Source: Carcharhinus longimanus (taxonomy: Eukaryota). From it: DNA of 64,000 nt. The stretch is taken from contig JASCQW010000119.1 in assembly GCA_030264375.1 (NCBI GenBank), forward strand, positions 8,482,137 to 8,546,136, read 5' to 3'. Under the pieces are notes generated by a model. The model made no database searches, was not told where the DNA came from, and saw only the letters and a list, made by a program, of their open reading frames with translations. The translations under genes were made by a program, and so were the position numbers. Positions 12,715 through 26,560 of this stretch are shown here, piece after piece. The number at the start of each line of letters is the position of its first letter. Positions within the stretch are counted from its first letter, which is position 1.

Positions 12715-14878
12715 GTGAGTCCTGGCGAAATAAAACGCTGATTCTTGTTGTATTTGTTCAATATCGTTGCCATTATTTAACACACTGATGCACTCATTAA
12801 TCGTTCAAAATTGACACTGTCAATATGATTACTACTATACAGATTATCTGGAAAGGATCCCTTTCATTTTGAAAATCAACAACTTAAATTTGGGTTCCAC
12901 AGTTGATTCCACGTATTAAGTATTTAAATTAATCCAATTCAACCATCCTTCAAACTAACGGCGACCTTACGCAATTAATTGTTAGCAGTATGAAAAACAA
13001 TTTGGACACCGAGCTCTACCAGTTAAACCAAGAAGACAAATTTATAAAGAAACAGATTCATCGGCCTTGTAGTTGCTTGGCATTCAACATTAAGATTCCT
13101 GTCAGCCAGCCCTGATTACAAAAAACGAACTGAAGTTCACAAATGAGAAAGTAAAACACGAGTTTAAATGTAAATAATTCAATTGGAGTATTGTGCTCTG
13201 GTTTACTGTCCAGAACAAACAGATGTTTCAAATTTTTATGTTGACCCATCATGGATAATTTCAAGGTATGCATCTTCCCCCTGAACTGTCGTGGAAATCA
13301 ATCGCCCCCAAATTGTTGTGGGGTCTTTCAATTCCGAATTTGAAGAGTCAGCGATCACAGCGAAAATCATTACGTGTTCCTTTCCACGAAGTCGTACACA
13401 TCATGTAACATCCACCATGCTTTATTTGTATAGTTAAGTATTGAATCAGCTGCGAAGAGGCTTCATGGATTAGTACAGTTCCAAAGTAAACTGGCTATTC
13501 GAATATTGCCAATATTCGCCCTGGCGTCCGGTTAATTGATTCAGACTTGTTGTTTCTGAATGTTTTGTTTCTAAACAGAAAGTTGATTAATTCCATCATC
13601 TGTCTCTCCTCCCACAATAATGTGCGCTTATCTAAACATGTTACCAGGGATCCAACTTGCAAACGATCTGCCACATATATCTGCTGTCGACGAGGTGCCA
13701 AGTCAATATCAAAATGGACACTTATTTTCTCGATCCCATGTTATCGCTCTCATCTGTATAGATCGCAACAATACCCATAATAATCATCGATATTTGCTGT
13801 CCTGTTGCGAGCAGTGTGTTAAATAATATGAGTCTAATGTTCTTCTATTATGTGTGAAATGCATGATGACACACTTCTCTCTTCCAAATCATTGCATGCC
13901 GCTTTACAGCGCACACAAAACATTAGAAGAAAAAAATAGTCTTATTAATAAGTAGAAATAAGCAATATTCAAATAATTTGAGGTTGTCCTATCATTCAGT
14001 ACAAACATTATTGTTGTCATTGCCGTCTCATCTGCAAGTTATTGCCTGCTCCCCAGAATCCGTTCACTCATTACTAAGTAAAGATATACCTATCTGCTCA
14101 ATCTGTTTCAAACCTTCTGTCTATTCATCTGCTGCACTCTGACATAAAATTTCATAGATTCAGGATCATTTGAGCGAAGTAATTTCTGGTCAATTTGGTA
14201 TTAAATCTGCTATTTCCGCCACCTGCCCCCCACCCCCCCGCAATCCTGAAAGTCCTGGCATTCTCTTCGAGAATCTTCACTCATAAGAAACATATGTTCG
14301 AGCTTTGTTTTCAATTTGATTGCTGTTATATTGCCAGTTGAATTGTGTAGAGTAGAACATATCCCCCTTATTCGTTATTCAGTAAATGCATACTATTCAT
14401 AAATCGCATAGAGGACAAGAAAAGAAAATGGTGCAGAACATATGTTACAGTCATAGCAAGGGTGTAACGAAAGGTGAAATTAAAACAAAGTAGGCTCAAT
14501 GAAAATTCTGATGGCGGCAGGCAAGAAACTGTTCTTGAGGCTGTCGGATTGTGAACTGATACTTCATGTTTTTTTTTCGATGGAGGAAGGTGACCAATGA
14601 AAAAAACAGTGCATACTTGAGTGAGCTCGCTGTTTCGGAGAAACATCAAATATGGAAGGTGACACTGAATGGAATGCCCGGAGAGGTGGGCTACATTCAC
14701 AATGATTTGTGCTTCATTGCGAACTTTTTTCAGAAAAGTATCCATAGAAAGATTTGATACATCCGGAAATAATGATTTCGATGAGAATTCAGTTAAAGTA
14801 TTTGACGCTTGTTTCGGGCATGCCAAATTTACTTAGTGCGCTGCGAAATTCCAGGTGTCTGTGGGTTTGCTTATAGCG

Positions 14879-15030
14879 TCAGATTAAAGACACCAGAAAT
14901 GTTTGCTGGTGAATTGGATACCAAAAAAACCGGAAGCTCTCTATCGTTTTCACTTCAATCCCTCTGATGTAAGCAGAGGCCTGACATCCACTGCGCTTCA
15001 TCAAGACGATGACCAAATCTTTCATATCGT
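14879..15030 (-). mobile_element. Rex1/Babar-like LINE RT fragment
   Basis: MKDLVIVLMKRSGCQASAYIRGIEVKTIESFRFF resembles TKELVIDFRK...YINGAEVExVESFKFLG. Confidence 0.65.
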
Positions 15031-15193
15031 TAACTGTGAGAAAGTGTTTATTTATGTGACACCATTTCAGCAAATTGCCTATATCATTCGTTTACTCCAT
15101 TTCAATCCATTTCAGTGTACTATTACCTCTTGCGTACGTATTTTAAACATAAAAAATATGGTTCCAAACTGTTAGTGCTTCGTTACAGAAGCA

Positions 15194-15400
15194 ATAGAAC
15201 ATAGAACATTACAGCGCAGTTCAGGCCATTCGGCCCTCGATGTTGCGCCGACCAATGGAACAAATCGAATGACCCTCTAACCTAAACTATTCCAATGTTA
15301 TCCATATGCCTATGCACTGATCATTTGAACGACCTTGAAATTGGCGAGTCCACAACTGATGCAGGCAGGGCGTTCCACGTCCTTACTGCCCTCTGAGCAA
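15194..15400 (-). mobile_element. CR1 3' end
   Basis: atagaacatagaacattacagcgcag...ggccctcgatgttgcgccgacc is the reverse complement of the tail at 7500-7576. Confidence 0.8.
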
Positions 15401-15949
15401 AGACTTCGTTTCTGTTATGAATCGTGTGAAGATTACCTGAACGTCCTCCCTTAATCGGGTCAGAACTCTGCTCAGTACCTCAGATATGGTCACAGTAATA
15501 TCTTGGACAGTTACAACAACATGTCATTATTATTTTTTCTATTCCGGCGGCAAATAATTACATTCTTTGGGGTCCAACTGGGGGAGGTGGGAAGTGTGTG
15601 TGTGTGCGTGTGTGNNNNNNNNNNNNNNNNNNNNNNNNNNNNNNNNNNNNNNNNNNNNNNNNNNNNNNNNNNNNNNNNNNNNNNNNNNNNNNNNNNNNNN
15701 NNNNNNNNNNNNNNATTCGAGCACAACATCGGATACGGATGGATGGCCCGATGAATCGTAAAAAAAAACGAAGGGTATAGAAGAATTTCCAAGAGCATAA
15801 TGTAAAATGTAGCACAATTTTGTGCATGACCCTCGGAAAAAGTATGTGACGTGTTATTTTTAACTAATGCGGCGTTGATTTAAATTTGTGTTTACAAAGG
15901 CAGAAACGTATTTTGCTTTCTCTGACAAATGCACTTGTCAGTAACCACA

Positions 15950-17150
15950 AAGTAAGTCTAACGTGTTGATGTAAATTGCTTCCCCGACTTTTTCCGCATA
16001 ATTTTCCAGCCTTGGATTCGATACGAATCTGATCGTGTTGACCTTCCGATAATCTATTCAGAATTGTTGAGTACCATCTGCTTTTGGGACAAACACGAAT
16101 GAGGAATAACACTCGCTTTGACAGCTCTATGTCTGTGGCGTTGAGCTTCGCTTCCACTTCGTAGTAAACTTGCGCTGCTTTGAGTGGATTCAGTAGGTAG
16201 GGGTCTCGTTTTATCGGAAGAACATGCTCCACGTACACCTCATGCACGATAACGGCTGTGGGAGCGCGTCACCGCATATTCCAGAAGAATTTAATTTTAG
16301 CTCGTCAGTTTTGTTTTTAAATTCTGACTTTTACACTAGAATGGACAATACCCCCGCCTGTGCCCCAGCTATGTTGCATACCGAGAAAAAAAATTCTTGG
16401 AGTAACTCAGTTGTCCATTATTCCAACTATCAATTTCATGGGCTTGACTGGACTTTGTAGCCGCATTATAGAGAGGGAAATAATACCCCTATTAACATTT
16501 ATTGCACACATTACCACTCTCTGCGGCAAAATTTCAGAAGGAGTGCAAATATTTCCATATCTTACAACGAGAGGCAGACTAGCTCCCGTATCTCCCAATA
16601 TTTTAACTTTTTTTAATTGCCCCATCTGCACTACCTGAGTAAACTTACCCGCACTGTTGAAGTCTTCAAAAAGATCGGGCGATATCTCATTATCCAGCCC
16701 ATGATCAGGCAATGTACGTGAATTCGGCTTCTCGATCTCTCGCGAAATTTCGTTCACTGTTTTTATAAATCCAAACTGTCGACCATATGTTAGCTCATCA
16801 TTTTTGTAAGTGTTTTTCTTCAGCCCCAAGGTCGCGCCTTTGTGTGTCACACGTTATCACAGTTGAGGCAACTGATGTTCCTCATTCCTTTTCCACCGTC
16901 TTTTCCACCCTTTCACAGGTGGAAAACTGTTCCTCGAGTGAACTTCTTATTTCATTGATTTTCGTTGAAGTATCTGGCTGTTTCCCAATGTTACCTCATC
17001 TGGAATGAAATTGCTTTCGGAAGTTAGATTTGAATTTACGCACTCATGCATATTAACCTGTGATCTCTGCAGTCTTCTCGTTGTTTCCAAATTTTATTAC
17101 TAAACGTGGGTTCTTGTCACTTCTGGAAGTGAGTTTTTAAACTCCTGCAG
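15950..17150 (-). mobile_element. Degenerate Gypsy (probably Gmr1-type) LTR retrotransposon fragment: gag end, protease, RT start
   Basis: VKILGDTGASL aspartic-protease motif (ORF 16407-16850); HEVYVEHVLPIKRDPYLLNPLK resembles the RT N-terminal HDVDVG..PIKQHPYRLNP. Confidence 0.8.
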
Positions 17151-17877
17151 CAGAATATTGTGTGGGATTGTGTTCGGTGCAGACTCGATGGGCCGAAGGC
17201 CCTCTTTCTTCACTGTACGGTTCCATGATTCTAATATCATTTTCAACAACTTATATGTCGCTTACATCATTTTGCCCTGACACAGATTTCAACATTGTTC
17301 TGCATAATTATATTAAATTCGATATAAATCCGAACAGATTTTTTTTTTCATTTCTGAAGCGTTGTCAACATGCTTCTGTTTGCAATACGTAGGCTCACAA
17401 AATAACCTTTTTTTTCCGGTTTCATATTTTCTATACTACTCATCTGACGGCACTACAAGCGACTGCGTCAATTTAATCAGATTAAAAGTTATCCCACCTC
17501 GTCTGGCCATTTCTTCTGTGCTCCAAAGTTACCGAAGGAAAGGAAAAGAAAGATGCATCTGTGTCTTTTTCATCAAGGTTTGATAATGTTTCAAAATAAA
17601 TGTGTATATCACTAACGATATAGAGCCATCACTTCCATATTGTGCGTTTACTTCTGTCATTTGATGTATTTTCGCTTCAAGTTAGCACGTCATATTTTTC
17701 AACTCATGCAATCGTTCAATACACTTTTCTTTCCTCCCTCTTTCCCTATTTCGCTCTCCCTCTATCTTTCCTTATCTCCCCCACCCCTCTCCTTGTCCTC
17801 CTTATCGCTTTCTTCTCTCGGTGTATATTTCTAACTTCCTTCACGATCGTTTTCTTTATTTCTTGCGGTTTTTTTTG

Positions 17878-18140
17878 CTTGTGTAGAGTTTGCACATATC
17901 GCCAGTGGCTGCGTGGGATTCCTCCGGGAGTCCTGGTTTCCTCGCACAGTCCGAATATGTGAGGGTGAGAAGGATAGGCTATGCTAAATTGTCAGTAATT
18001 GCCACGGGGATTAGGTAGCTTCAATACATAGCGTATCGGGTTGCGAGGTTTTGGAATGGGTGGGGATGTGACAGGTGCATAAGTGATGAGCAGAATGACA
18101 TCCAAGTGTAATGCAGGATTCCATAGTTCTATGTTCTGTT
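17878..18140 (+). mobile_element. SINE with V-domain-like core (HE1-like), 5'-truncated
   Basis: gtagagtttgcacat...tgcgtgggattcctccgggagtcctggtttcctcgcacagtcc with a CR1-like tail. Confidence 0.75.
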
Positions 18141-18614
18141 CACCTAAGCCTGAAATTGGCATCTCTGCTGATAACTAGTTTCAGACTGATTAGTGAACCT
18201 TCTGATAGTGAAGCAATAAGAGCAAAAAAAAACAGGCACAGATTGAAAAGTGTCAAGCGAAATTGTATCCTTCAGTTCCGGATGATGAGTTTCTTAAACA
18301 AGACAATATCTTCCCTTCACACTGTTTAGTCTTTTCATCAATGAGCCACATTTGTTACTCACCTGGAAGAAAACATGATCGATTGTATAAATAAAATATG
18401 TACAAAAACATTTTGGCTGAACTCTGTGTGAATAACTTATGTAATAATGCAACAAACCTTCCTATCACCCTGGAAACACACATTTTTTTTTGGAAACACA
18501 CTGTCCATGTCGTGCATATTAAACAATGTTCAATAATTGCAGCACGGAATTATCTGCTTGCTTGGCCAACCATTCACCACCATAGTCTAACCAAGACTCT
18601 TCTGCAGCTTATTC

Positions 18615-19020
18615 CATAGAGTGTTGCAACATTTGTTCATCAGACTAATTCCTGGGATGGCACGATTGTCGTTCATGGACACAATGAGGATGGTATTCCG
18701 ATATTCTGCAGAGTTTTCATGAATGAAATGTGATGTGATTGCAACTCACGAATGCATTCGAAGTCTAGAAATGGTAAATGCATCTTGAATGCAGCCCCCA
18801 GGCTCCCTCCCCTTCTCCCAACACACCCCTGCCCCCATCCATGCCCCGTCCCCTCCTCCTCCCCTGAGAGAAAGTCGTAACCTGGAAGATATTAGCTCAG
18901 GATAAAAAAAATTCTGTTTAATACTGCGATATGTTCGGATTTTTTTTCACTTGGTCATTTTTAAGTATTTGGAATATACAATCACAAAAGTTGTAGAATT
19001 TCAATTATTGAGTTTTTTTT
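18615..19020 (+). mobile_element. Degenerate CR1 3' fragment
   Basis: Remnant of the F(T/I)RLIPGM segment (ttcatcagactaattcctgggatgg). Confidence 0.55.
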
Positions 19021-19994
19021 TCAAAACACTGTCGACGAACTTTGACTTCCAAATGAAGTCAACACATCTTGCATAACTTCGAAATTCTGAGCTGACTTCC
19101 ATGATACAATGGAATGTTGCAATAGTCTATCGAACAAACACGCCTTGTCGTGATCCCGTATATTAATGTACATAATATATAGCGTGAACTTGCACGATAG
19201 TAATGTTTTGTTATTGAAAACATTTTTGCAAATTTCATTACATGAATAGAACATGTTTATTTGCATTTTGAAACTATTTTCTCATTTCTGTTTTCGCTAT
19301 GGAAAATGCAACAAGTTGATGGCCTAAAGGCCCTGCCGTTATCATATATATTGGTGTTCTTCCACGTTGGTTGCATATTTTCTTCCTGATTTATTTCATC
19401 AACTTTTTTTTTTCCATTTTCCCACAAGAAGTGGCAGAATTTCTCCCAATACACGAGCTTCTGATTATTCTTTACAACATAATGAATTTCGTACTATAAT
19501 ACGAAAATACCTGCTACTTCCTGAGTAAGACATGCACTTGCGTTACCTTAATAATTAAGTATTGTCTCGAATTTCAGTCAGGTTTGTTGAACAATTCAAT
19601 ATTTATTTACGTATTTCGCACTGATTATTTGCTGACTGACATTTCAATGCTATTTTCCAAGCCTGCCCTCACAATTCACCACACAATTTCATGGAATCTA
19701 ACGGCATGACATCAAAAGAGGATATCGTCAAATGAGTTTTCGCACTACGCTGGTGCCTTGCAGAACCTGGTCGATTAAATCAAAATGTATTATTCAACAT
19801 GACGCAGTTTGGAACACTGTGTTCTAAGGGATTCATATTGAAACTGTATACGGTGTTAGCACCGAAATTGACTGGTGCAAATGTATTTCAGAGGCGGATA
19901 ACTCTGGGAAAAGAAAGCTTGCTACAAAACAGAAGCATACACTAATCTTCACACTATCAGATGGCATAGCAATAACTTTTCTTACTGCATTTAG

Positions 19995-20021
19995 AACTAA
20001 AGATCAGCAGTGCAACCAGAG
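19995..20021 (+). CDS. 27-nt phase-1 micro-exon, ELKISSATR
   Basis: ttttcttactgcatttag|AACTAA...ACCAGAG|gtaaga. Confidence 0.75.
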
Positions 20022-20770
20022 GTAAGATTGTGTATGAAATTCCGAAATGCACAATTTCAACCAGCTAGAAACATGATTTTTAAAGGGCTACATATATTAG
20101 TTGAAGTTCGTTGTGAGCCAATTCACTTTTCAGACTGAAAGCCGTCACCACGTTAATACTGCGTGAATCTGTGTCCCATGTGTGTATTTGTGCTCCGCAG
20201 AAGACAGCAGGTTGTAGAGTTGGAGTAACTGAAGGCTGTACTTGTGTGTCACATGTTTATTTCACTTTTGAAGCAGACCAAACATGATTTTCATCATTTC
20301 AATCAAAATCTTAAACAAAGTAGGGCATGGATTAATTATTAAATTGCTGATCTGTATATTATGCTGTCACTTAAAGGTCATTCGTAATTCTCATGGTGCG
20401 ACATTCACAAAACATATCGATATCTATATTGACTGCAAGTTGTTCTGTAAACCCCGAGCTACTTAAGCGTGCAACCCCACCAGCATTAAAGATGTTAGAG
20501 GCCATAAATCGGGACTAAATTAATATTGGCTTTTGCAAAGATGCATTACCAACAGAAGTAATTAGTTGAATTGTCTCGCCGCTCTCTGATTGAAGGGACA
20601 GCACCACATTACAGTTTAATTAGGCAATATCCGGATGCTGATTTTACATCTGCGATGTCGTACTCAACATTTGGGAAACATCTTATTGTCATGTCTCCCG
20701 TGAGAATTTGAAACGTTCCCATCCTCTCNNNNNNNNNNNNNNNNNNNNNNNNNNNNNNNNNNNNNNNNNN

Positions 20771-20822
20771 CACACACACACACACACACAAACACACATA
20801 CACACACACACACACACACACA
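20771..20822. repeat. (CA)n microsatellite next to gap
   Basis: Direct reading. Confidence 0.95.
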
Positions 20823-21644
20823 GCGTTCATTTAACTTTGAAGCGCTGGTGTTCAATTTATCATCTGTTGTCCAATTGAAATATCATCAAATAAACATGTC
20901 CGTTATCTACAACTGATCACGGCATATATTAAATTGCATCGTTAAGAAAGGATAAACAGGGACGCAATTATTCTATCCTGCCCATGTGCCTTTTGCAAGA
21001 GCATCCTCCAAAACAGATTTTTTCCTATCTTTTTATTTCAAAGAGAAGTTTTCTGTTCTCTATCCATTGCTTGACTCAAATCACAACGTCAAGATCGCAC
21101 AGTTGATTTGCCAAACGTTTCTTCAAAAGGTCGAACTGCAACGCACATTATAATACCTTGTTATTTGCTTCTTCGTGAAAATCCTATCTGTGAACATGGC
21201 TCTGACAAATATTCGTTTAACTTCAAATTCGAGATATCAAAACAAAAAATCAGTCTCGCCAATCCATCAACATTATTGAAGATTTTGACTTCAGTACCAT
21301 TTCGGAAAATGTTATTATTTAGCCTCACAAATTTCACTTCTTCTAACAAATGTCGGCTGCTCAAAATTCGACATAATTCTCCACTAGGCGACGAACCACA
21401 ACCGTACAATGTTCTAAAAAGGGCGTTGAAATTATTTTGAGAAGTAACGCCAAGCAGACCAAAGAGGAATACTTCAGCTTCTAAATTGTTAAATGCATGT
21501 GGGAAGGCGAACTATCCTGACTACATTTTGGTTCTTCAGCAATGAAAGTACATGACACTCACTTTAAAAGAGCAATTACCAAGAAATTAATTGAACTAAG
21601 AGGAAGATTTAACGGATAAATAAGTTAGCAACTGCAATTAGCTG

Positions 21645-22476
21645 TAGTACTGTGTGCAGTTTTGGGCGCCGTACTTACGCAAGGATATTTTGGCCTTGGA
21701 GGGAGTGCAGAGGAGGTTTACNNNNNNNNNNNNNNNNNNNNNNNNNNNNNNNNNNNNNNNNNNNNNNNNNNNNNNNNNNNNNNNNNNNNNNNNNNNNNNN
21801 NNNNNNNNNNNNNNNNNNNNNNNNNNNNNNNNNNNNNNNNNNNNNNNNNNNNNNNNNNNNNNNNNNNNNNNNNNNNNNNNNNNNNNNCCCCCCCCCCCCC
21901 TCCACCGCTACATAAAGGGGAACGTATAATAGCAGACAAAAAAATGGCTGTGCAAAAGAATGCATACTATGATTCAGCCTTCACACAAGAGGACACAAAT
22001 CAGATTGGAGGAATGTTCAAAAATGTAAGAACTAGTGAGAGGGAAGAACTCAGAGAGATCAATATTAATGGATAAATGGTGCTCACAAAAGTGATGGAAC
22101 TGAACACCGATGAATTCCAAAGGCCTGGCAATTTGCTTTAAATAGTACTTAACGAAGAGCATGAGAAGTAATGGATACATTGGTGAAAATCCTCCAGGAT
22201 TCTATAGAGGAGGAAACAGTTCCTGAAAACTAAAGAGTAGTTTATCTCACTCTTGTATTCAAAAAAGGAGAAAAGAAATTAGGGAATTATAGACCAATAC
22301 CTCAATTTCGGTGATGGGGAATATCTCGAATCCATTTTGCAGTATTTGATGGTGGAGCATTTAGAAAAGAGTTGTAGGATCAAATAGAGTCAGCATGGAT
22401 TTATGAAAGGGAAATCATGCTTGACGAATCTGGCTGGAATTCTTTGAAGCCTTAACTAATAGAGTTTTAAAGGAGG
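21645..22476 (+). mobile_element. CR1 ORF2 fragments on either side of a gap
   Basis: YCVQFWAPYLRKDILALEGVQRRF before the gap; GNYRP and SQHGFMKGKSCLTNL remnants after it. Confidence 0.85.
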
Positions 22477-23290
22477 AGCCTGTCGAGGTCGTTAAGACCG
22501 CCCTCATTTGTGCGGAATTTGGCTCTCAATTTCTGCTCGGTGATTTTGCATTCTCGTGTGTGTTGAAGGCAGAATGGGAGAACGCTTACGCGAAGGTCGG
22601 AGACTGAATATTCTTGACTGATTAAGTGGTTGGTGACTGGAAGGGAACACGAACTTCTCTTGATTGGTGCATAGGATCCGTCATCCGGTTTTGTAAGCGT
22701 TCGCATTGTCTCGCCGATGGCTCACGTCTCAGGGAATAGTTTCCTGCACTGTCTGAAGCAGATAATGTTAGCCGCTATGAGTATGTGCCGTGCACCTGCT
22801 GGGTAGTGTTCTCTCGTGTGAGGATAGCATCCTTTTCGATGACCTGGCCTGGCTTGCTGACGTTGCTGTGACAGTGTCGTGTGGTATGCTGGTCGCTGTT
22901 CTAACAAAGGGCAATGATATCATGCAATTCTACGATGGCAACCTTGGCAAGACGTGCCAGATCTTCGACATGGATACCGACATCACAAGCGAGAAGACTG
23001 TCCACCAGGTACATGGCATATACTCATGCGACTTGGCGAATCTTGCCGACCGCGTACGCTGTAGGAAAGGATGTGTTGAGGTGGTATATCAGCGATAACA
23101 TGCAGAGGCTACCGCAACAGGTGAACGGACACCGAGCGACAATCTCCAGGCGAGAATGTTCCCTTCCAGTTGGGGAACTCTTCAGAAGTCAAGAGCAATC
23201 AATCTTCGATCTTGCTTTCCGTCTTATGATAAAGGGGGCATAGGTAACGATCCCACCCCCTACCTTTCGTGCCAAAATGACGAGATAATT
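22477..23290. mobile_element. Two head-to-head Penelope-like GIY-YIG fragments
   Basis: Minus arm RECKITEQKLRAKFRTNEGGLN; plus arm KTVHQVHGIYSCDLAN...VNGHRATISRRECSLPVGE; same family as 62185-63965. Confidence 0.8.
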
Positions 23291-24119
23291 TGCTGCCTGT
23301 GTTTCCGAGATGAACTATCGCAATGCAACGGAAATCAGCCTGAGGACTGCCCAAACATAGCTAGTGTCGACAGTGAACCTTTTAGGACATTGGATGGAAA
23401 CCAAAGCCGCCTTTGAAAACCCATGGAGACACAGGGATAATGTGCCAGACAAACACCAACGGCTAAAGGTTAAACACAGTTTTCTGGCATTGTGTTGGAG
23501 CAGTGCTGGCCAATGTCCCTCACTGCCGCCTCCAGTTATATGCTGATCTCTATTATTTTTTGGTCATTACTTGCACCCTTCTTCAGCCATGATCGTAATT
23601 CTCAATTATGTTATGTAACACTAGCAACAGCTGCAACTTATGTTTGTTCTTACTTATTCCAATCCTAAATGTTATCAAGCTGCTTCAATGTTCCAGACTG
23701 CAATCGACACCATGCCCTACACACTTCTGAAAAAAAGAGGTTCTCACATATCTCCGTTATCTGACCGCATCCTCCATCTCATTTATTGCAGCATTAAATA
23801 ATGAACTATCAGCTCCCTAATCATGATGTAATGGAAAACCCCCCCTGCGCTTGTATGCCTCATTCATTCTTGTTTTATGGTCCTCAAAAACTTAAATCCA
23901 TCAAAGAATATTCAATCATTGGTCTTTTTTTTGTATTGAATGCACCTTGAATTGCAGCACACGTGCATGTTACAGTGGGATGTTAATTCTAAATACGACA
24001 TTTAAATATCATCAATCATTATGCAAAATATTGATTGTACGTTTACACATTCCGATTAATTCAACACAGATTTTACATTCCATTTTTTGATCATCACAAC
24101 TGCTTAATGTTTATAACAG

Positions 24120-24146
24120 AAAATCAGCAGAGCAATAACGACACAG
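24120..24146 (+). CDS. 27-nt phase-1 micro-exon, ENQQSNNDT
   Basis: gtttataacag|AAAATC...GACACAG|gtaaat. Confidence 0.65.
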
Positions 24147-24367
24147 GTAAATTGTTTCTTTGCATTGCATCAAATTAATCACCTGATGTTCACATTAACT
24201 CCTCTGCAATTTTAATTATAGCCTACCTGTGATACTAATAAATAAAATTCAAAACTTAAAATCCACCATTTCAGTTAATTCAGCCACGCTGTATATTTTT
24301 TTTTGTCCCGACTGTCCCATTAATTTCACCGTTAATTAATGGTTTCCTTTATTTTTTTCCTATTTAG

Positions 24368-24394
24368 AGCTAAGCCCGGACAGCAAACTAAGTG
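24368..24394 (+). CDS. 27-nt phase-1 micro-exon, ELSPDSKLS
   Basis: tttatttttttcctatttag|AGCTAA...CTAAGTG|gtaagt; both sites near consensus. Confidence 0.82.
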
Positions 24395-24837
24395 GTAAGT
24401 AAACATATTGCATTACACATTTGCCAAACTATGTTTTTTTTTTCACATTTAACATGCAATTCTGTTCAAGGCACGATGCAGTGGCGTTGGAACAAGTGCA
24501 AACAGGAAACGTCTATATGAAAAACGAAGCGAATTGTACTGGAGGCGTGGAGCTAGATCACCACATTTTGAACACTTGTTTGTGTTTTTTTGAGCGAAGA
24601 TTCGATTTAACATTCGGAGAAATATTATTTTTTTCAGTGTCAGAATCCAACGTCTGGAGGCAATTTGCATTGATGAGTGAAATATTCCTCACGACAAATG
24701 GTGTTGAATTTGCTACTTATCCCTTTGAGAATGAAGCATGACGACGGAGGCTGAATTGCACATGGACTTGTCGGCTTGGCAAGGAATTCGAACTTGCTGA
24801 TCAGCCTTCAGGTTTGACAATCACAATGATGCTGGAA

Positions 24838-25005
24838 AAGGGGGCAACCTGCGCAGTGACAGAGTGGTTACACCTGCAGTCTCACAACGCCAAAAACCCC
24901 GGCTCGATTCCTGGCTTGGGTCACAGTCAATGCGGATGTTTCACGTTTTCCCTTTGTCTGTGTGGGTTACGTCCGGGTGTTGTGCATTCCTCCCATCATG
25001 CAAAA
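24838..25005 (+). mobile_element. tRNA-headed SINE, 5' half
   Basis: A/B-box-like gtgacagagtggtta and ggctcgattcc, followed by a V-like core. Confidence 0.7.
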
Positions 25006-25007
25006 TA

Positions 25008-26560
25008 CTTAGAACATAGAACATTTTAGCACAGTAAGGCCCTTCGACCCTCAATGTTGTGCCAAGCTATGTCCAATCCCAAGATCAATTTACTCCACTC
25101 CTTGCTATTCTGGTGTGCTCCATGTGGCTATCCAATGACTGTTTGAAAACGCCGAAAGTGTCCGACTCCAATATCACAGCAGTCTATTCCACACCCCAAC
25201 CATTCTGTGAATGCAGAATCTACCTCGGACAGTCCTCCTATATCTCCCACCATGAACCTTATAGTTATGACCCCAGTAACAGCTACATCCACCCGAGGAA
25301 AGTGTCTGTGCACTTTCGCTCTATCTATCCCCCTCATCGTCTTATAAAACACTATTAAGTCACCTCTCATCCTCCGCAGCTCTAAAGAGAAAAGCAACAG
25401 CTCCTTCAACCTTTCCTCATAAGACCATCCCTCCATCCTGGTAAATTTCCTCAACACTCTCTCATTTGCTTCCACATCCTTCTTATTGTGCGGTGACCAG
25501 AACTGAATTCAATACTCCAAATGTGGTCTCACCATCGTCCGGTGTAGTTGCAGCGCAACTCCACAGCTCTTAAGCTCAAACTCTCTGTTAATAAACGCTA
25601 ACACACTATATGCCTTCTTCATGGCTCTGTCCACTCGAGTGGAAATCTTCAGAGATCTGTGGATGTTAACCCCAAGATTTTTCTGTTCTTCTACGTTCCA
25701 CGAAACACTGTCTTTGACACTGTAATCTGCATTCAAGTTTGTGCTATCAAAATGAATCGCCTCCCACCTATCAGGGTTAAACTTCATCTGCCACTTTCCG
25801 GCCCAGCCCTGCATCCTATCAATGCCTCTTTGCAACCTGCAACAGTGCCCCACCTCGTCCGCTACTCCATCGATATTGGTGTCAGCAGCAAATTTTCTCA
25901 CCCACCCTTCAGCCCCCTCTTCCATGTCAAAGATAAAAATCGCAAATATCAGAGGACCCAGCACTGAACCCTATGGTACACCGCTGGTAACTGGCCTGCA
26001 GTCTGAAAATTTTCCTTCCACCACCACGCTCTGTCTTCTATGAGAAGGCCAGTTTCTTATCCAATCGGCCAAATTTCTTTCTATCCCACACTTCGTTATC
26101 TTGTTCATGAGCCTCCCATGGAGAACCTTATCAAACACCTTATTAAAATCCATGTATACGACAGCAACCGGTCAACCTTCGTTCACACACATAGTTTCCT
26201 CCACAAAAAAAATCACATTTTTGTCAGGACTTATTCCCCATGAAACCATGTTAACTAACCCAGTTTAAACTGAATCTTTCCAAATGATCATAAATCCGAT
26301 CTCTAGGACTCTTTCCATTAACGTACCGACCACCGAAATAAGTCTAACAGGCCTATAATTACCTGGGTCATTCCTATTTCCTTTCTTGAACGGAGGAACA
26401 ACATTCACCACTTTCCAGTCCTCTGGCACAATTCACGAGGACAGTGAGGAAGCAAAGATCAAAGTTGAATGCTCCGCAATCTCATCCCTTGCGTCCCAAA
26501 GTATGCTCGGATGGAGCTCAGGGGATTTGTCCACCTTCAGGTTTTTCACAATCGCTAATA
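25008..26560 (-). mobile_element. 5'-truncated CR1 LINE (RT)
   Basis: DFNKVFDKVLHGRL, VTSGVP, LGPLIFAIFI..KFAADTNI, VRPHLEY; (agaacat)n tail at 25010. Confidence 0.92.

Noticed and set aside
14566-14620. FFRWRKVTNE resembling FFRWKKVND near 46412
   Set aside because: Short, low-complexity match that does not extend; both lie in apparent intron sequence.
18363-18411. Minus-strand 49-nt leader-like exon MFLYIFYLYNRSCFLP with CAG|GTGAGT donor (also resembles a recursive splice site)
   Set aside because: Poor hydrophobic core, and no V-domain or other downstream exon was found on the minus strand.
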